A stretch of 64,000 bases of DNA, from the NCBI GenBank assembly GCA_021802585.1, contig JAJZRQ010000004.1, forward strand, positions 190 to 64,189, in the 5' to 3' direction. This stretch comes from Chloroflexota bacterium. GTDB taxonomy: Bacteria; Chloroflexota; Limnocylindria; Limnocylindrales; CSP1-4. Made by a program: the position numbers and the translations under genes. The notes under the pieces are model-generated. The model was given only the letters and a program-made list of their open reading frames with translations. It searched no databases and was not told the origin of the DNA. Positions 34,902 to 43,750 of this stretch are shown piece after piece. How positions within the stretch are numbered: position 1 is the first letter of the stretch; each line of letters starts with the position of its first letter.

Positions 34902-35722
34902 CCGGGCGCGAGGGCGGCGATCCGGGCGGGCCAGCCGGCCGGCTCGTCGCGCCCCGCCTCGAGCACGGCGTGGACGAAGAACTCGCGGTTGCCGGCCGGC
35001 CCGAGGAGCGGCGAGGCGGTGAGCCCGACGGGGACGAGGCCCGCGGCCCGGGCGGCCGCGAGCGCGTCGGCGAGGACCGCGCGGTGGACCGCCGGGTCGC
35101 GGACGACGCCGCCGGGCGCGCGGCCCCGGCCCGCCTCGAACTGCGGCTTCACGAGCGCGACGACCGCCCCGCCGGGGGCCAGGCAGCGGGCGACGGGCGG
35201 CAGGACGAGACGGAGGGAGATGAAGCTGACGTCGATCACGGCGAGGGCGACCGGCTCGCCGAGGAGGCTCGGCTCGAGGTCGCGGGCGTTCGTCCGCTCG
35301 TGCGAGACGACCCGCGGGTCCCGGCGGAGAGCGTCCGCGAGCTGGCCCCGCCCGACGTCGATCGCGTGGACCCGCGCGGCACCGCGCTGGAGGAGCGCGT
35401 CGGTGAACCCGCCGGTCGAGGCGCCGACGTCGAGGCAGGCGAGGCCGCGCGGGTCGACCCCGAACGCGTCGAGGGCCGCGGCGAGCTTCTCCCCGCCCCG
35501 CGAGACGAACGGGAGGGGCGCGGCCACCGCGACCGCGACATCCGCCCCGACGAGGTCGCCGGGCTTCCGGTCGCTCCGGGCGCCGTCCCCGCTCCCGACC
35601 CGCACCCGCCCGGCCATGAGGAGAGCCTGGGCCCGGGCGCGCGTCTCGACGAGGCCACGCTCGACGAGGAGCTGGTCGAGCCGGACGCGGGGGGCCCGGG
35701 GCGGCGCGCTGGAGCGGGTCAC
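34898..35722 (-). CDS. tlyA: TlyA-family rRNA (cytidine-2'-O)-methyltransferase
   Basis: [27 protein letters not shown] is the S4 domain, followed by [14 protein letters not shown]...[20 protein letters not shown] (FtsJ-like SAM motif). The GTG 35722 start is inferred. Confidence 0.85.
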   Translation of the reverse strand: MTRSSAPPRAPRVRLDQLLVERGLVETRARAQALLMAGRVRVGSGDGARSDRKPGDLVGADVAVAVAAPLPFVSRGGEKLAAALDAFGVDPRGLACLDVGASTGGFTDALLQRGAARVHAIDVGRGQLADALRRDPRVVSHERTNARDLEPSLLGEPVALAVIDVSFISLRLVLPPVARCLAPGGAVVALVKPQFEAGRGRAPGGVVRDPAVHRAVLADALAAARAAGLVPVGLTASPLLGPAGNREFFVHAVLEAGRDEPAGWPARIAALAPG

Positions 35723-35801
35723 CCTGCGATCATGCCACGCCCCGCTGCACCGCGGCTCACCGGGGCGAGCCAGCGATCCGGCGCCAGCCTCCGCCGCGCG
35801 G

Positions 35802-37823
35802 TCAGCGGCTCGCCGCGGGCGCCGGGGTCGCGCCGAGCGCCACGAGGGCCTCCCGGACCTGGGCGACGATTCCCGGCGTGTCCAGCCGGACGAGCGCTCG
35901 GAGGTCGCCGACCGAGCCATGGTCGACGAACCGGTCCGGCGGGATCCCGACGATCCGGAGCGGGACGTCGCGGAGCCCGCGGTCGGCGAGGCGCGCCTCC
36001 TCGAGCGCCTCGAGGACCGCCGAGCCGAAGCCGCCGGCCGCCGTGCTCTCCTCGAGCGTCACGACGAGCCGCTTCCCCCGCGCCTGGTCGAGGATGAGCT
36101 GGCGGTCGAGCGGCTTGAGGAACCGCGCGTCGAGGACGCCGACCGACCAGCCATCGGCGGCGAGCGTGTCGGCCGCCTCCTCGGCGCGGCGGACGATCGG
36201 GCCGAGGCCGACGAGGAGGATGTCCGAGCCGTCGCGGAGGACCTCGCCCCGGCCGATCGGCAGGATCCGCGGCTCCCGCTCGGGGACGCCGAACCCCGCG
36301 TCGCGTGGGTAGCTCAGGGCGAACGGGTGGTCCTGGGCGAGCGCGGTCCGGACGAGCGAGCGCAGCTCCTGCTCGTCGCGCGGCGCCGCGATCACGAGGT
36401 TCGGGATCTCCCGGTGGGCGGGGAACGAGAACATCCCCTGGTGGCTCGTGCCGTCCTCCCCGACGAGCCCGGCGCGGTCGACGCCGATGAGGACCGGCTG
36501 GTCGTTCTGGCAGACATCGTGGACGATCTGGTCGAACGCGCGCTGGAGGAACGTCGCGTAGATCGCGACGACCGGCCGGCCCCCGCCGAGGGCGATCCCC
36601 GTGGCGAGCGCGACGGCGTGCTGCTCGGCGATCCCGACGTCGACGAAGCGGTCGGGGAACTCGGCCTGGAAGCGGTGGAGCCCGGTCCCGGTCGGCATCC
36701 CCGCGGTGATCGCCACGATCCGGCGATCCTCGCGGGCGGCCGCGATCACCTCGCGGGCGAAGAAGGACGTGTAGTTCGGGACCTTCGGTGCCGGTGCCCC
36801 GACCGGGTCGACGCCGTTGCCCTCCGTCCCCCGCGCCCCGCTCGCGATCGCGGAGATCTCCCCCGCCCCGAACGGGCTCCCCGCGGTCCCCCGCCGGGGC
36901 TGGTACGAGTCCGCCATCGGGGGGAGCGCGGCGCCGTGGAAGCCGACCTGGTCCTTCTCGGCGGGGTGGTAGCCGCGGCCCTTCTGCGTCCGCACGTGGA
37001 CGAGGACCGGGCCGCCGAGGTCGAGCGCGCTGCGGAACGTGTGGACGAGGGTCCGCAGGTCGTGGCCCGGCACGACCCCGATGTACGTGATCCCGAGGTC
37101 CTCGAAGAGCTGCCCGGGCTGGGCGAAGCTGACGAACGACTTCCGCACCCGGCGGGACAGCTCGAGGGCCGTCGGGCCGACGACCGGGACGCGCTCGACG
37201 GTCCGGTCGTAGGCGCTCCGCGACTGCTTCCAGGCGTTCGAGAGCTTGATCTCGGAGAGGTACTTCGAGAGCGCGCCGACCGAGCGGCTGATCGACATCT
37301 CGTTGTCATTGAGGACGATGAGGAGCTGCGTCTGGCGGTGACCGATGTCGTTGAGCGCCTCGAGGGAGAGCCCGCTCATGAGGGCCGCGTCGCCGACGAC
37401 GACCGCGATCCGCTCCATCCCGTGGCGGAGGTCCCGCGCCGTCGCGAGGCCGGCGGCGATCGAGAGGCCGGTCCCGGCGTGGCCGCCGTCGAAGACGTCG
37501 TGCTCGCTCTCCGCCCGGCGCGGGAAGCCCCCGATGCCGCCGAGCTGGCGGAGGCTCCCGAAGCGCTCGTAGCGGCCCGTGATGAGCTTGTGGGCATAGG
37601 CCTGGTGCCCGGTGTCCCAGACGATCGCCTCGCGGGGCGAGTCGAGGACCCGGTGGAGGGCGAGCGTGATCTCGACGACGCCGAGGGACGAGCCGAGGTG
37701 CCCGCCGGTCGTCGCGACGGTGGCGACGATCGTCTCCCGGATCTCCTCCGCCAGCGTGAAGAGGTCGCGCATCGGGAGGCCGCGGAGATCGCCGGGGCCC
37801 TTGATCCCGGGAAGGATGGCCAC
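35802..37823 (-). CDS. dxs: 1-deoxy-D-xylulose-5-phosphate synthase
   Basis: The translation reads [20 protein letters not shown]...GHQAYAHK...GDAALMSG...[12 protein letters not shown] 37823 is preceded by GGAG at 5 nt, whereas the ATG 37868 of the ORF track has no SD. Confidence 0.9.
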   Translation of the reverse strand: MAILPGIKGPGDLRGLPMRDLFTLAEEIRETIVATVATTGGHLGSSLGVVEITLALHRVLDSPREAIVWDTGHQAYAHKLITGRYERFGSLRQLGGIGGFPRRAESEHDVFDGGHAGTGLSIAAGLATARDLRHGMERIAVVVGDAALMSGLSLEALNDIGHRQTQLLIVLNDNEMSISRSVGALSKYLSEIKLSNAWKQSRSAYDRTVERVPVVGPTALELSRRVRKSFVSFAQPGQLFEDLGITYIGVVPGHDLRTLVHTFRSALDLGGPVLVHVRTQKGRGYHPAEKDQVGFHGAALPPMADSYQPRRGTAGSPFGAGEISAIASGARGTEGNGVDPVGAPAPKVPNYTSFFAREVIAAAREDRRIVAITAGMPTGTGLHRFQAEFPDRFVDVGIAEQHAVALATGIALGGGRPVVAIYATFLQRAFDQIVHDVCQNDQPVLIGVDRAGLVGEDGTSHQGMFSFPAHREIPNLVIAAPRDEQELRSLVRTALAQDHPFALSYPRDAGFGVPEREPRILPIGRGEVLRDGSDILLVGLGPIVRRAEEAADTLAADGWSVGVLDARFLKPLDRQLILDQARGKRLVVTLEESTAAGGFGSAVLEALEEARLADRGLRDVPLRIVGIPPDRFVDHGSVGDLRALVRLDTPGIVAQVREALVALGATPAPAASR

Positions 37824-37985
37824 GCTGGCTCCTGTTGCTGCTCCGGCGCCCGCCGGCGGGCGCGCCATGTGCGATGGGACGGGGGGAGACCCCGGTTCGT
37901 GATGCGCGGTGCGGACCCGCCCGCCCGTGGCTCGTGCCCGGCCGACCGGCCGGCGCGCGGCCCCGGCGAGTCTACCCCCGCCGCG

Positions 37986-38243
37986 TCAGGCGGGCGTTTC
38001 GTCGCGCAGCTCCGCCTCTGCGAGCGCCCCGCGGGCGTCCTCGACGAGGCGCCGGACGCGGAGCTCGGCCTCGCCGAGGAGCCGCTCGCAGCGTTGCTGG
38101 AGGGCGACCCCGCGCTCGTACAGCTCGATCGTCCGCTCGAGCGGCAGGCCGCCCGCCTCGAGGGCCGCGACGGTCTCCTCCAGCTCGGCGAGGGCGGCGT
38201 CGAACGCCAGCTCCGCGATCGCGCCGCGCGCCTCGTCAGCCAT
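37986..38243 (-). CDS. xseB: exodeoxyribonuclease VII small subunit
   Basis: The translation reads MADEARGAIAELAFDAALAELEETVAALEAGGLPLERTIELYERGVALQQRCERLL. Confidence 0.85.
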   Translation of the reverse strand: MADEARGAIAELAFDAALAELEETVAALEAGGLPLERTIELYERGVALQQRCERLLGEAELRVRRLVEDARGALAEAELRDETPA

Positions 38244-38514
38244 CGTCGCCACCTCCGCCGCCCGGGCCGCTCCCCGCATCGTCGGCCCCGTCCGCGTCGC
38301 CGCCGGGTCCGGCGCCATCGTAGCCACCTCGGCCGCCGGCTGCGGCGGTGGGACGCCCGCCCCGATCGCCTTCCCGCCCGTCGCCCGACGCGCCCTCGGC
38401 CGCCTGGGCGCGGCGCTCGTCCCACGCGGCGATCCGCGGCGCGACGGCGAGCCCCGCCGCGAGGCCGACGATCCCGACCGTCAGGACGAGCGCGCCGAAA
38501 GCGAGCCACTCCAC
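38236..38514 (-). CDS. small hypothetical protein: one TM helix plus Gly/Asp-rich tail, between xseA and xseB
   Basis: The GTG lies 2 nt after the xseA stop, and the ORF ends 8 nt inside xseB. The product is (M)EWLAFGALVLTVGIVGLAAGLAVAP followed by ...GGRGGYDGAGPGGDADGADDAGSGPGGGGGDDG. Third-position GC is high. Confidence 0.4.
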   Translation of the reverse strand: MEWLAFGALVLTVGIVGLAAGLAVAPRIAAWDERRAQAAEGASGDGREGDRGGRPTAAAGGRGGYDGAGPGGDADGADDAGSGPGGGGGDDG

Positions 38515-38516
38515 GC

Positions 38517-39971
38517 TCAGCCGCCCGGCAGGGGCTCGGAGCGCGCGGCGAGCTCGCCGCGTGCCACCCGCAGCCGGAGCGCCGTGCCGGGCGGGGCGTC
38601 GGCGCGGTCGCGGACGATCGTGCCGTCCGTCGCCCGGCGGACGATCGCGTACCCCCGGCCGAGCGTCGCCTCGGGCCCGAGCGCCGCGAGCGCCCCCCTC
38701 GACGCCTCGAGGCGGGCCCGCGCCCCGGCGAGCCGGACGCCGGCGAGCGGCCCGAGGCGTTCCGCCGCCCGCTCGGCCGCGCGACGATCCGCCGCGAGGC
38801 GGGCAGCGACCGTCGCCGTGGCCCGATCGAGGAGGAAGCCGGCGCGCTCGCGGGCGGCCGCGAGCCGGGCCTCGGGCCGGAGCCCGTCGAGCGCTCGCCG
38901 CTCGGCCGCGACCCGCCGCGTCCGCGCGGCGAGCTCGGCGGCGAGCGCCGCATCGAGGCGGTCGCGGCGGGCGCGGAGCGCCGCCCGGACCTCGGCGCGA
39001 TCCGGCACGACGAGCTCGGCGGCCGCCGACGGCGTCGGGGCCCGGACGTCAGCCGCGAAGTCGACGAGGGTGACGTCGGTGGCGTGCCCGACGCCGCTGA
39101 CGACGGGGACCGGGTGGCGGGCGACGGCCCGCACGACACCCTCCTCGTTGAATGCCCAGAGGTCCTCGAGGGAGCCCCCGCCGCGGGCGAGGATGACGAC
39201 GGCCGGGGCGTCGCCCGGGCGTCCGGCCGCCCGGCACGCCGCCCCGTGCCGGGCCAGCCGCTCGAGGGCGGCGACGATCGTCGGCCCGGCGCCGTCGCCC
39301 TGGACCCGGCACGCGCTCACGACGAGGCGGGCGAGCGGCCAGCGCCGCTCGAGGACCCGGCGGACGTCGTGGAGGACCGCCCCCGACAGGCTCGTCACGA
39401 TCCCCACGGTCGCCGGGCGCGCGGGAGCCGGCCGCTTCCGGGCGGCGTCGAAGAGCCCCTCGGACGCGAGCCGCGCCTTCGTCGCCTCGAAGCGGAGGGC
39501 GAGGTCGCCGAGCCCGGCCGGCTCGACGGCGGCGACGTAGCACTGGTAGACGCCCTGCGCGTCGAAGACGTCGATCCGCCCGTGGACGACGACCCGGAGT
39601 CCGGTGCGGGCCTCGAACGGGCTCGCGAGGCGGTCGTCGCGGAACCAGACGCAGGCGAGCTGGCTGCGCTCGTCCTTCAGGGTGAAGTACGCGTGGCCCG
39701 CGGAGCTGATCGTGACCCGGCCGACCTCCCCTTCGACCCACACGTCGGCGAGGCGCGGGTCGCCGCGGAGCGCCTCGCGGACGGCGCGCGTGACGTCGGA
39801 GACGCCGAGGATCCGGAGCCCGAACGTGGCGGGCGGGCTGGTCGCGGCCGGCGTCCCGGCGGGGCGGCCGGCATCGCGTCTTCCGCTGCCCCCCTCCCCT
39901 CCCCGCCCGAGCGGGTCGAGCGCATCCCAGGCCGGTAGCGCCCAGTCCGGCGGCTCGCGGTCGTGGCTCAT
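38517..39971 (-). CDS. xseA: exodeoxyribonuclease VII large subunit
   Basis: VWVEGEVGRVTISSAGHAYFTLKDERSQLACVWF is the OB fold, followed by ...VGIVTSLSGAVLHDV...RGGGSLEDLWAFN.E.V.RA......PV.SGVGH.TD. Confidence 0.9.
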   Translation of the reverse strand: MSHDREPPDWALPAWDALDPLGRGGEGGSGRRDAGRPAGTPAATSPPATFGLRILGVSDVTRAVREALRGDPRLADVWVEGEVGRVTISSAGHAYFTLKDERSQLACVWFRDDRLASPFEARTGLRVVVHGRIDVFDAQGVYQCYVAAVEPAGLGDLALRFEATKARLASEGLFDAARKRPAPARPATVGIVTSLSGAVLHDVRRVLERRWPLARLVVSACRVQGDGAGPTIVAALERLARHGAACRAAGRPGDAPAVVILARGGGSLEDLWAFNEEGVVRAVARHPVPVVSGVGHATDVTLVDFAADVRAPTPSAAAELVVPDRAEVRAALRARRDRLDAALAAELAARTRRVAAERRALDGLRPEARLAAARERAGFLLDRATATVAARLAADRRAAERAAERLGPLAGVRLAGARARLEASRGALAALGPEATLGRGYAIVRRATDGTIVRDRADAPPGTALRLRVARGELAARSEPLPGG

Positions 39972-40498
39972 CCGAGGCCCAGCTGCTGGAAGCGCCAGCG
40001 GTCGTCGGGCCCCAGGATGCTGCGCAGGTGGTTGATCTCGCCGGCGTGATAGGCGTCGTGGGTGATGAGCGCCGCCACGATCCAGCGGGTCGGCCGGAGC
40101 TCGCCCCAGTTCGTCGGCCGCGGTCGCTCCAGCTCCCCGTCGTCGGCGAGCGCCGCGACGTGCTCGGCGAAGCGTGCGTGCGCCGCCCGGAGCCAGGCCG
40201 CCGCCTCGCCGGGCGGCGCGGCCCCCTCCGGCCATGGCTGGACGACCTGGTCCTCCCAGGTCAGGGTGCCGGGCCCGAACGCGTAGTCGTCATACATGAC
40301 CTTGCACGACCCGACGTGGAGGACGATCGACTCGATCGAGCGGGCGGCGCCCGGCGGCAGCGCACGCCACGCGCGCTCGTCGACGGTGGCGAGGTTGGGC
40401 AGCAGGGCCTGGCTCTCGTTCGAGGCCTCGATGCCCCGCCCGGCGAACGCCTCGTCGAGGAGGTACAGGAGCGCCTCGATCCCTCCCCGGCCCGGCAT
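39968..40498 (-). CDS. DinB-family (DinB_2/YfiT-like) metal-dependent protein
   Basis: The His triad contexts are ...SIESIVLHVGSCK..., ...HARFAEHV..., ...ITHDAYHAGEINHLR. AGGAGGG precedes the ATG, and the stop overlaps the xseA ATG (ATGA). Confidence 0.7.
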   Translation of the reverse strand: MPGRGGIEALLYLLDEAFAGRGIEASNESQALLPNLATVDERAWRALPPGAARSIESIVLHVGSCKVMYDDYAFGPGTLTWEDQVVQPWPEGAAPPGEAAAWLRAAHARFAEHVAALADDGELERPRPTNWGELRPTRWIVAALITHDAYHAGEINHLRSILGPDDRWRFQQLGLG

Positions 40499-40517
40499 GA
40501 CGGGTCCCTCCTGCGGG

Positions 40518-41075
40518 CTACACCCGCGTCTGGTACTCGCCGGTCCGGGTGTCGATCCGGAGCGTGTCGCCCGCGGTGACGAAGAGCGGCACCTGGACGA
40601 CGAGGCCCGTCTCCATCGTCGCCGCCTTGCGGGCGCCGGTCGCCGTGTCGCCGGCGAAGCCGGGCTCGGTCTCGGCGACGACGAGGTCGACGGTGATCGG
40701 GAGCTCGACGCCGAGCGTCTCGCTCTCGTAGCTGATCCGGTCGAGGACCATCCCGTCCTTGAGGTACGGGACGACCTCGTCGAGCTGGGAGGCGGTGAGG
40801 TGGAACTGCTCGTACGACTCCGATTCCATGAAGTGGAAGTCGTCGCCGTCGCGGTAGAGGAACTGGATCGGGCGGCGGTCGAGCTGTGCCCGGGGCCACT
40901 TCTCGCCGGCCTGGAAGCTCCGCTCGACCGTGCTCCCCTTCTTCACGTTGCGGAGCTTGATCCGCACCTGGGCCGAACCGCGGCCCATCTTGATGTGGTG
41001 GTAGTCGAGGATCTGCCAGAGGTCGCCGTCGAGCTCGATGACGACGCCCTTGCGCAGCTCACCGGTGGAGATCAT
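40518..41075 (-). CDS. efp: elongation factor P (Arg32 type)
   Basis: The translation is MISTGELRKGVVIELDGDLWQILDYHHIKMGRGSAQVRIKLRNV...ETGLVVQVPLFV..GD.LRIDTRTGEY..RV. The loop tip is KMG-R32-GSAQ. Confidence 0.95.
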   Translation of the reverse strand: MISTGELRKGVVIELDGDLWQILDYHHIKMGRGSAQVRIKLRNVKKGSTVERSFQAGEKWPRAQLDRRPIQFLYRDGDDFHFMESESYEQFHLTASQLDEVVPYLKDGMVLDRISYESETLGVELPITVDLVVAETEPGFAGDTATGARKAATMETGLVVQVPLFVTAGDTLRIDTRTGEYQTRV

Positions 41076-41145
41076 GCGGGCGGGTGCTCCGTGCGGGGCC
41101 GGCGGTCGCGGGCGTGCCGGCGCGGGGGTCGGGATGTCGTCGGCG

Positions 41146-41151
41146 ATCGTA
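41146..41151 (-). promoter_or_regulatory. candidate -10 box TACGAT for efp
   Basis: The minus strand reads gtctgcTACGATcgccgac. It lies about 66 nt upstream of the ATG, and GGAG lies 13 nt upstream of the start. Confidence 0.35.
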
Positions 41152-41220
41152 GCAGACGAGCGCGGCGCGCCCGGCGACGCGGCCGGGCCGCCGGCATCGG
41201 ACGCCGCCCGGGTCGTGATC

Positions 41221-41925
41221 TCAGGCGGGGGCGACCTCGCGCCAGATCCCCAGCGGGGTCTTCTCGTCGGTCTGGCCGAGCGGGTTGTCGTCGAAGCTCC
41301 GGGCGAGCAGCCGCGCGCGGTCCTTGGGCAGCGTCGAGGCGACGACCCATGCCGGGGCGATGTCGTTGATGTCGGCGATCGCCACGTCCACCGCGCCCCC
41401 GAGGGCGACCTTCACCGCCCGGACCGTGCCGGCCGGGTCAGCCGGGGCGGGGATGCAGCACTCGTGGAACTCGGCGACGCCCATCGTGTGCTCGGCGTCC
41501 ATCATCCGGGCATTGAGCCCGGCGACGAGGTAGAACCAGCCCTTCCTCCCGAGCAGCCGCCCGGCGACGTGGGCAGTGCCGGCGGCGAGGATCCGCCACG
41601 TCCCCGTGAGCTCGATCGCGTACTGCATCGCGTACGGGCTCCGGAGGCCGGTCCCCCAGCTCGTCCGGATGACCCGCGAGGACAGGAAGCGGGCCAGGCG
41701 TCCCGGGTGGATCGTCCGCCAGTCCCGGGCCCGGCCCTGCATGATCGCGACCGCCGACTCGGAGAGGAGGACCGTGTCGCCCGGCCGGAGCTCGTCGCCG
41801 GCGTGCTCGCGGATCGCCGACGCGATGTCGTCGCCCGGCAGGAGGACGCGCGTCCGCACCGGGACGCGCTCGAACGTCCGGCCGTCGACGACGACCGTCC
41901 GGGGCCTCGGCTCGCGGGGGCTCAC
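41221..41925 (-). CDS. CofE-like (F420-0:gamma-glutamyl ligase family) protein
   Basis: The translation reads ...LLPGDDIASAIREH....LRPGDTVLLSESAVAIMQGR....AVDVAIADINDI.... This resembles the F420_ligase fold pattern, but the assignment is from memory only. The GTG overlaps the upstream stop (GTGA). Confidence 0.45.
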   Translation of the reverse strand: MSPREPRPRTVVVDGRTFERVPVRTRVLLPGDDIASAIREHAGDELRPGDTVLLSESAVAIMQGRARDWRTIHPGRLARFLSSRVIRTSWGTGLRSPYAMQYAIELTGTWRILAAGTAHVAGRLLGRKGWFYLVAGLNARMMDAEHTMGVAEFHECCIPAPADPAGTVRAVKVALGGAVDVAIADINDIAPAWVVASTLPKDRARLLARSFDDNPLGQTDEKTPLGIWREVAPA

Positions 41926-43622
41926 GGGGTGTAGAAGTCGACGACGAAGCGGAGGTTGCCGCCGGAGACCCAGAGGCCGATCCCGGCGTGGGTGTACTTC
42001 GGGTTCATCATGTTGACGTAGTGGCCGCCGACCGGGCTCCAGTACTTCTCGCTCTGGAAGAAGCGGACGAGGCTCACCGCCGCGTCGCGCGGGTCGCTGA
42101 AGTAGCGGCAGCCGATGTTCTCCGCCCACAGGTACGAGGTGTAGCCGGCGGCCCGCAGGCGGTCGCCGGGGTCGCCGCCGGAGAAGTGCGAGCAGACGCC
42201 CGACGTCGCGAGCCTCTTCGCATACGGGCGCGCCACCGCGTCGCTCACGCCCGCGGCGTACGCGAGGGGCCGGATCCCGCTCCCGCCCGGCTCCGAGCAC
42301 GACCCGTCGGCGAGGACCCAGCCGCCGCCGCGGGTGCAGTTGAGGAGCGTGAGGAGATACCGCTCGGCGGACGCCCACGAGGAGCTCGCGGGACGGGGCA
42401 CGGCGGCCGGCTTCGGGGTGGGCGTCGGCGTGGGCTTCGGGACCGGGTTCGACCCGCCGCTGCGCGGCGTCGGCGCCGGGGTCGGCTCGGGCGCGGGCTT
42501 CGCCACCACGGTGAAGCGCGTGGCGCGGGCGCGGTCGAGGGGCGACCCGTCGGCCGCCGTCGCGGCCCCCCCGACCCGCATGACCACCGTCGCGTCGTAC
42601 GGGAAGTCGGCTTTCGGCTCGAAGACGAGGACCGTGTCCTCCTCCGCCCAGGAAACCTTCCCGGCGACCTCCGACCCGTCAACCTCGACGCGGAACGCCG
42701 CCGCGGTGACAGCGCGCTCCATCGGCATCGTGAAGCGGACCGAGACGACCGCGTCGCGGGCCACGTCCGCGGTCCCCGCCCGGGGCCGGAAGCGGACGAC
42801 GGCGGGGGCGGTCGTCGTCGTGAACGTGAGCGGCTCAGCGGGGGCGATCGCGGCTCCATCCTCGTCGAGGACGCCCGGCGCGAGGTCGACGGTGTACCGG
42901 GTGCTGCTCGCCAGGGTGTCCGCCGGTTCCCAGACGACGTTGTCGGCGAACGCCGGATCCCCGCCGTCGGGGCCGTCGACCGCGACGAGGAGCTGCCCGG
43001 GCGCGGCCGGCGTGATGCGGAACGAGCGGACGACGTCGGCGACCGCCACCGGCCGGTCGAACGACAGGACGACGGCGCTGTCGAGCGCGACGCCCGACGG
43101 CAGCGTGTCCGCCGCGGCGAAGCGGACGGCGGTCGCGGCACGGGTGAGGAACCCGGCCCGCAGCGGCGCCGCGAGCGCGCGGCCGTCGCGATCGTGGGCG
43201 GCCGTCCCGACGGTCACCGTGTAGAGGGTCGCCGGCTCCCACGTCCCGACGGGCCGCACCGCGAGCTGCCGCCCATCGGCCGACCAGGCGAGCGTCACGG
43301 CGGCCGCCGGCTCGATCCCGACGGCGGTGGCGACCGACGCGGCGTCCATCGGCGCGTCGAAGTCGACGAGGAGGGCGGAGGTGAGCGACCGCCCGGTCGC
43401 CACCGGCGGGCCGAGGGCGCTCGCCGCGAGCGGCGACTGCGTAGCCGTCGGGGCGCCCTCCGTCGCCGCCGGGCCACCGACCGCCGTCACGAGAATGACC
43501 GCTCCGACGACGAGCGCCAGGGCGATCCGCGTCGCCGGGCCGTGGCGCACGGCCGCGGACGCGTAGACGATCGAGAGGACGGGCAGGGCGAGGACGGCGG
43601 CTAGCGCACGGCGGAACGGCAA
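41922..43622 (-). CDS. secreted/anchored protein with tandem Ig-like (SbsA/Big_5-like) repeats, Pro/Thr linker and C-terminal CAP/SCP (PR-1-like) domain
   Basis: TTG 43622 is preceded by GAGGAG at 5 nt. An N-terminal TM/signal is followed by three units of ~90 aa, each ending ...Y.V.V......D..G..L. The protein continues with PEPTPAPTP...KPTPTPTPKP. Its tail reads ERYLLTLLN..R...G...L.....S..A..YAKRL.....C.H...G...DR........W.ENI...........V..F..S..H..NMMNPKYTHAGIG. Confidence 0.6.
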   Translation of the reverse strand: MPFRRALAAVLALPVLSIVYASAAVRHGPATRIALALVVGAVILVTAVGGPAATEGAPTATQSPLAASALGPPVATGRSLTSALLVDFDAPMDAASVATAVGIEPAAAVTLAWSADGRQLAVRPVGTWEPATLYTVTVGTAAHDRDGRALAAPLRAGFLTRAATAVRFAAADTLPSGVALDSAVVLSFDRPVAVADVVRSFRITPAAPGQLLVAVDGPDGGDPAFADNVVWEPADTLASSTRYTVDLAPGVLDEDGAAIAPAEPLTFTTTTAPAVVRFRPRAGTADVARDAVVSVRFTMPMERAVTAAAFRVEVDGSEVAGKVSWAEEDTVLVFEPKADFPYDATVVMRVGGAATAADGSPLDRARATRFTVVAKPAPEPTPAPTPRSGGSNPVPKPTPTPTPKPAAVPRPASSSWASAERYLLTLLNCTRGGGWVLADGSCSEPGGSGIRPLAYAAGVSDAVARPYAKRLATSGVCSHFSGGDPGDRLRAAGYTSYLWAENIGCRYFSDPRDAAVSLVRFFQSEKYWSPVGGHYVNMMNPKYTHAGIGLWVSGGNLRFVVDFYTP

Positions 43623-43750
43623 CAGGGCTCCTCGTCGATTCCGGCGCTCGGACAGGGGTGCGCCGGCCGGCTGGGGACACCGGCTCGCGGCGAGGGTACA
43701 CCGGGTCGCCGATCGCGGCAACCGCGGCGCGGGCGGCGGCGCCCGGGCCG

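Noticed and set aside
37824-37985. The 162-nt region upstream of dxs, and the 66-nt efp leader, could hold riboswitches or structured leaders.
   Set aside because: I recognise no conserved riboswitch core (TPP, Moco, c-di-AMP, SAM, etc.) in these sequences. Only a TAGACT -10 candidate at 37969-37974 stands out, and covariance-model scanning would be needed.
33720-39938. A 2072-aa plus-strand ORF, the longest in the track, spans recN through xseA.
   Set aside because: It runs antisense to eight well-supported minus-strand genes. Its translation is dominated by Arg, Pro, Gly, Ala and Asp/Glu runs with no recognisable motif. It is the typical stop-poor shadow frame of a very GC-rich genome.
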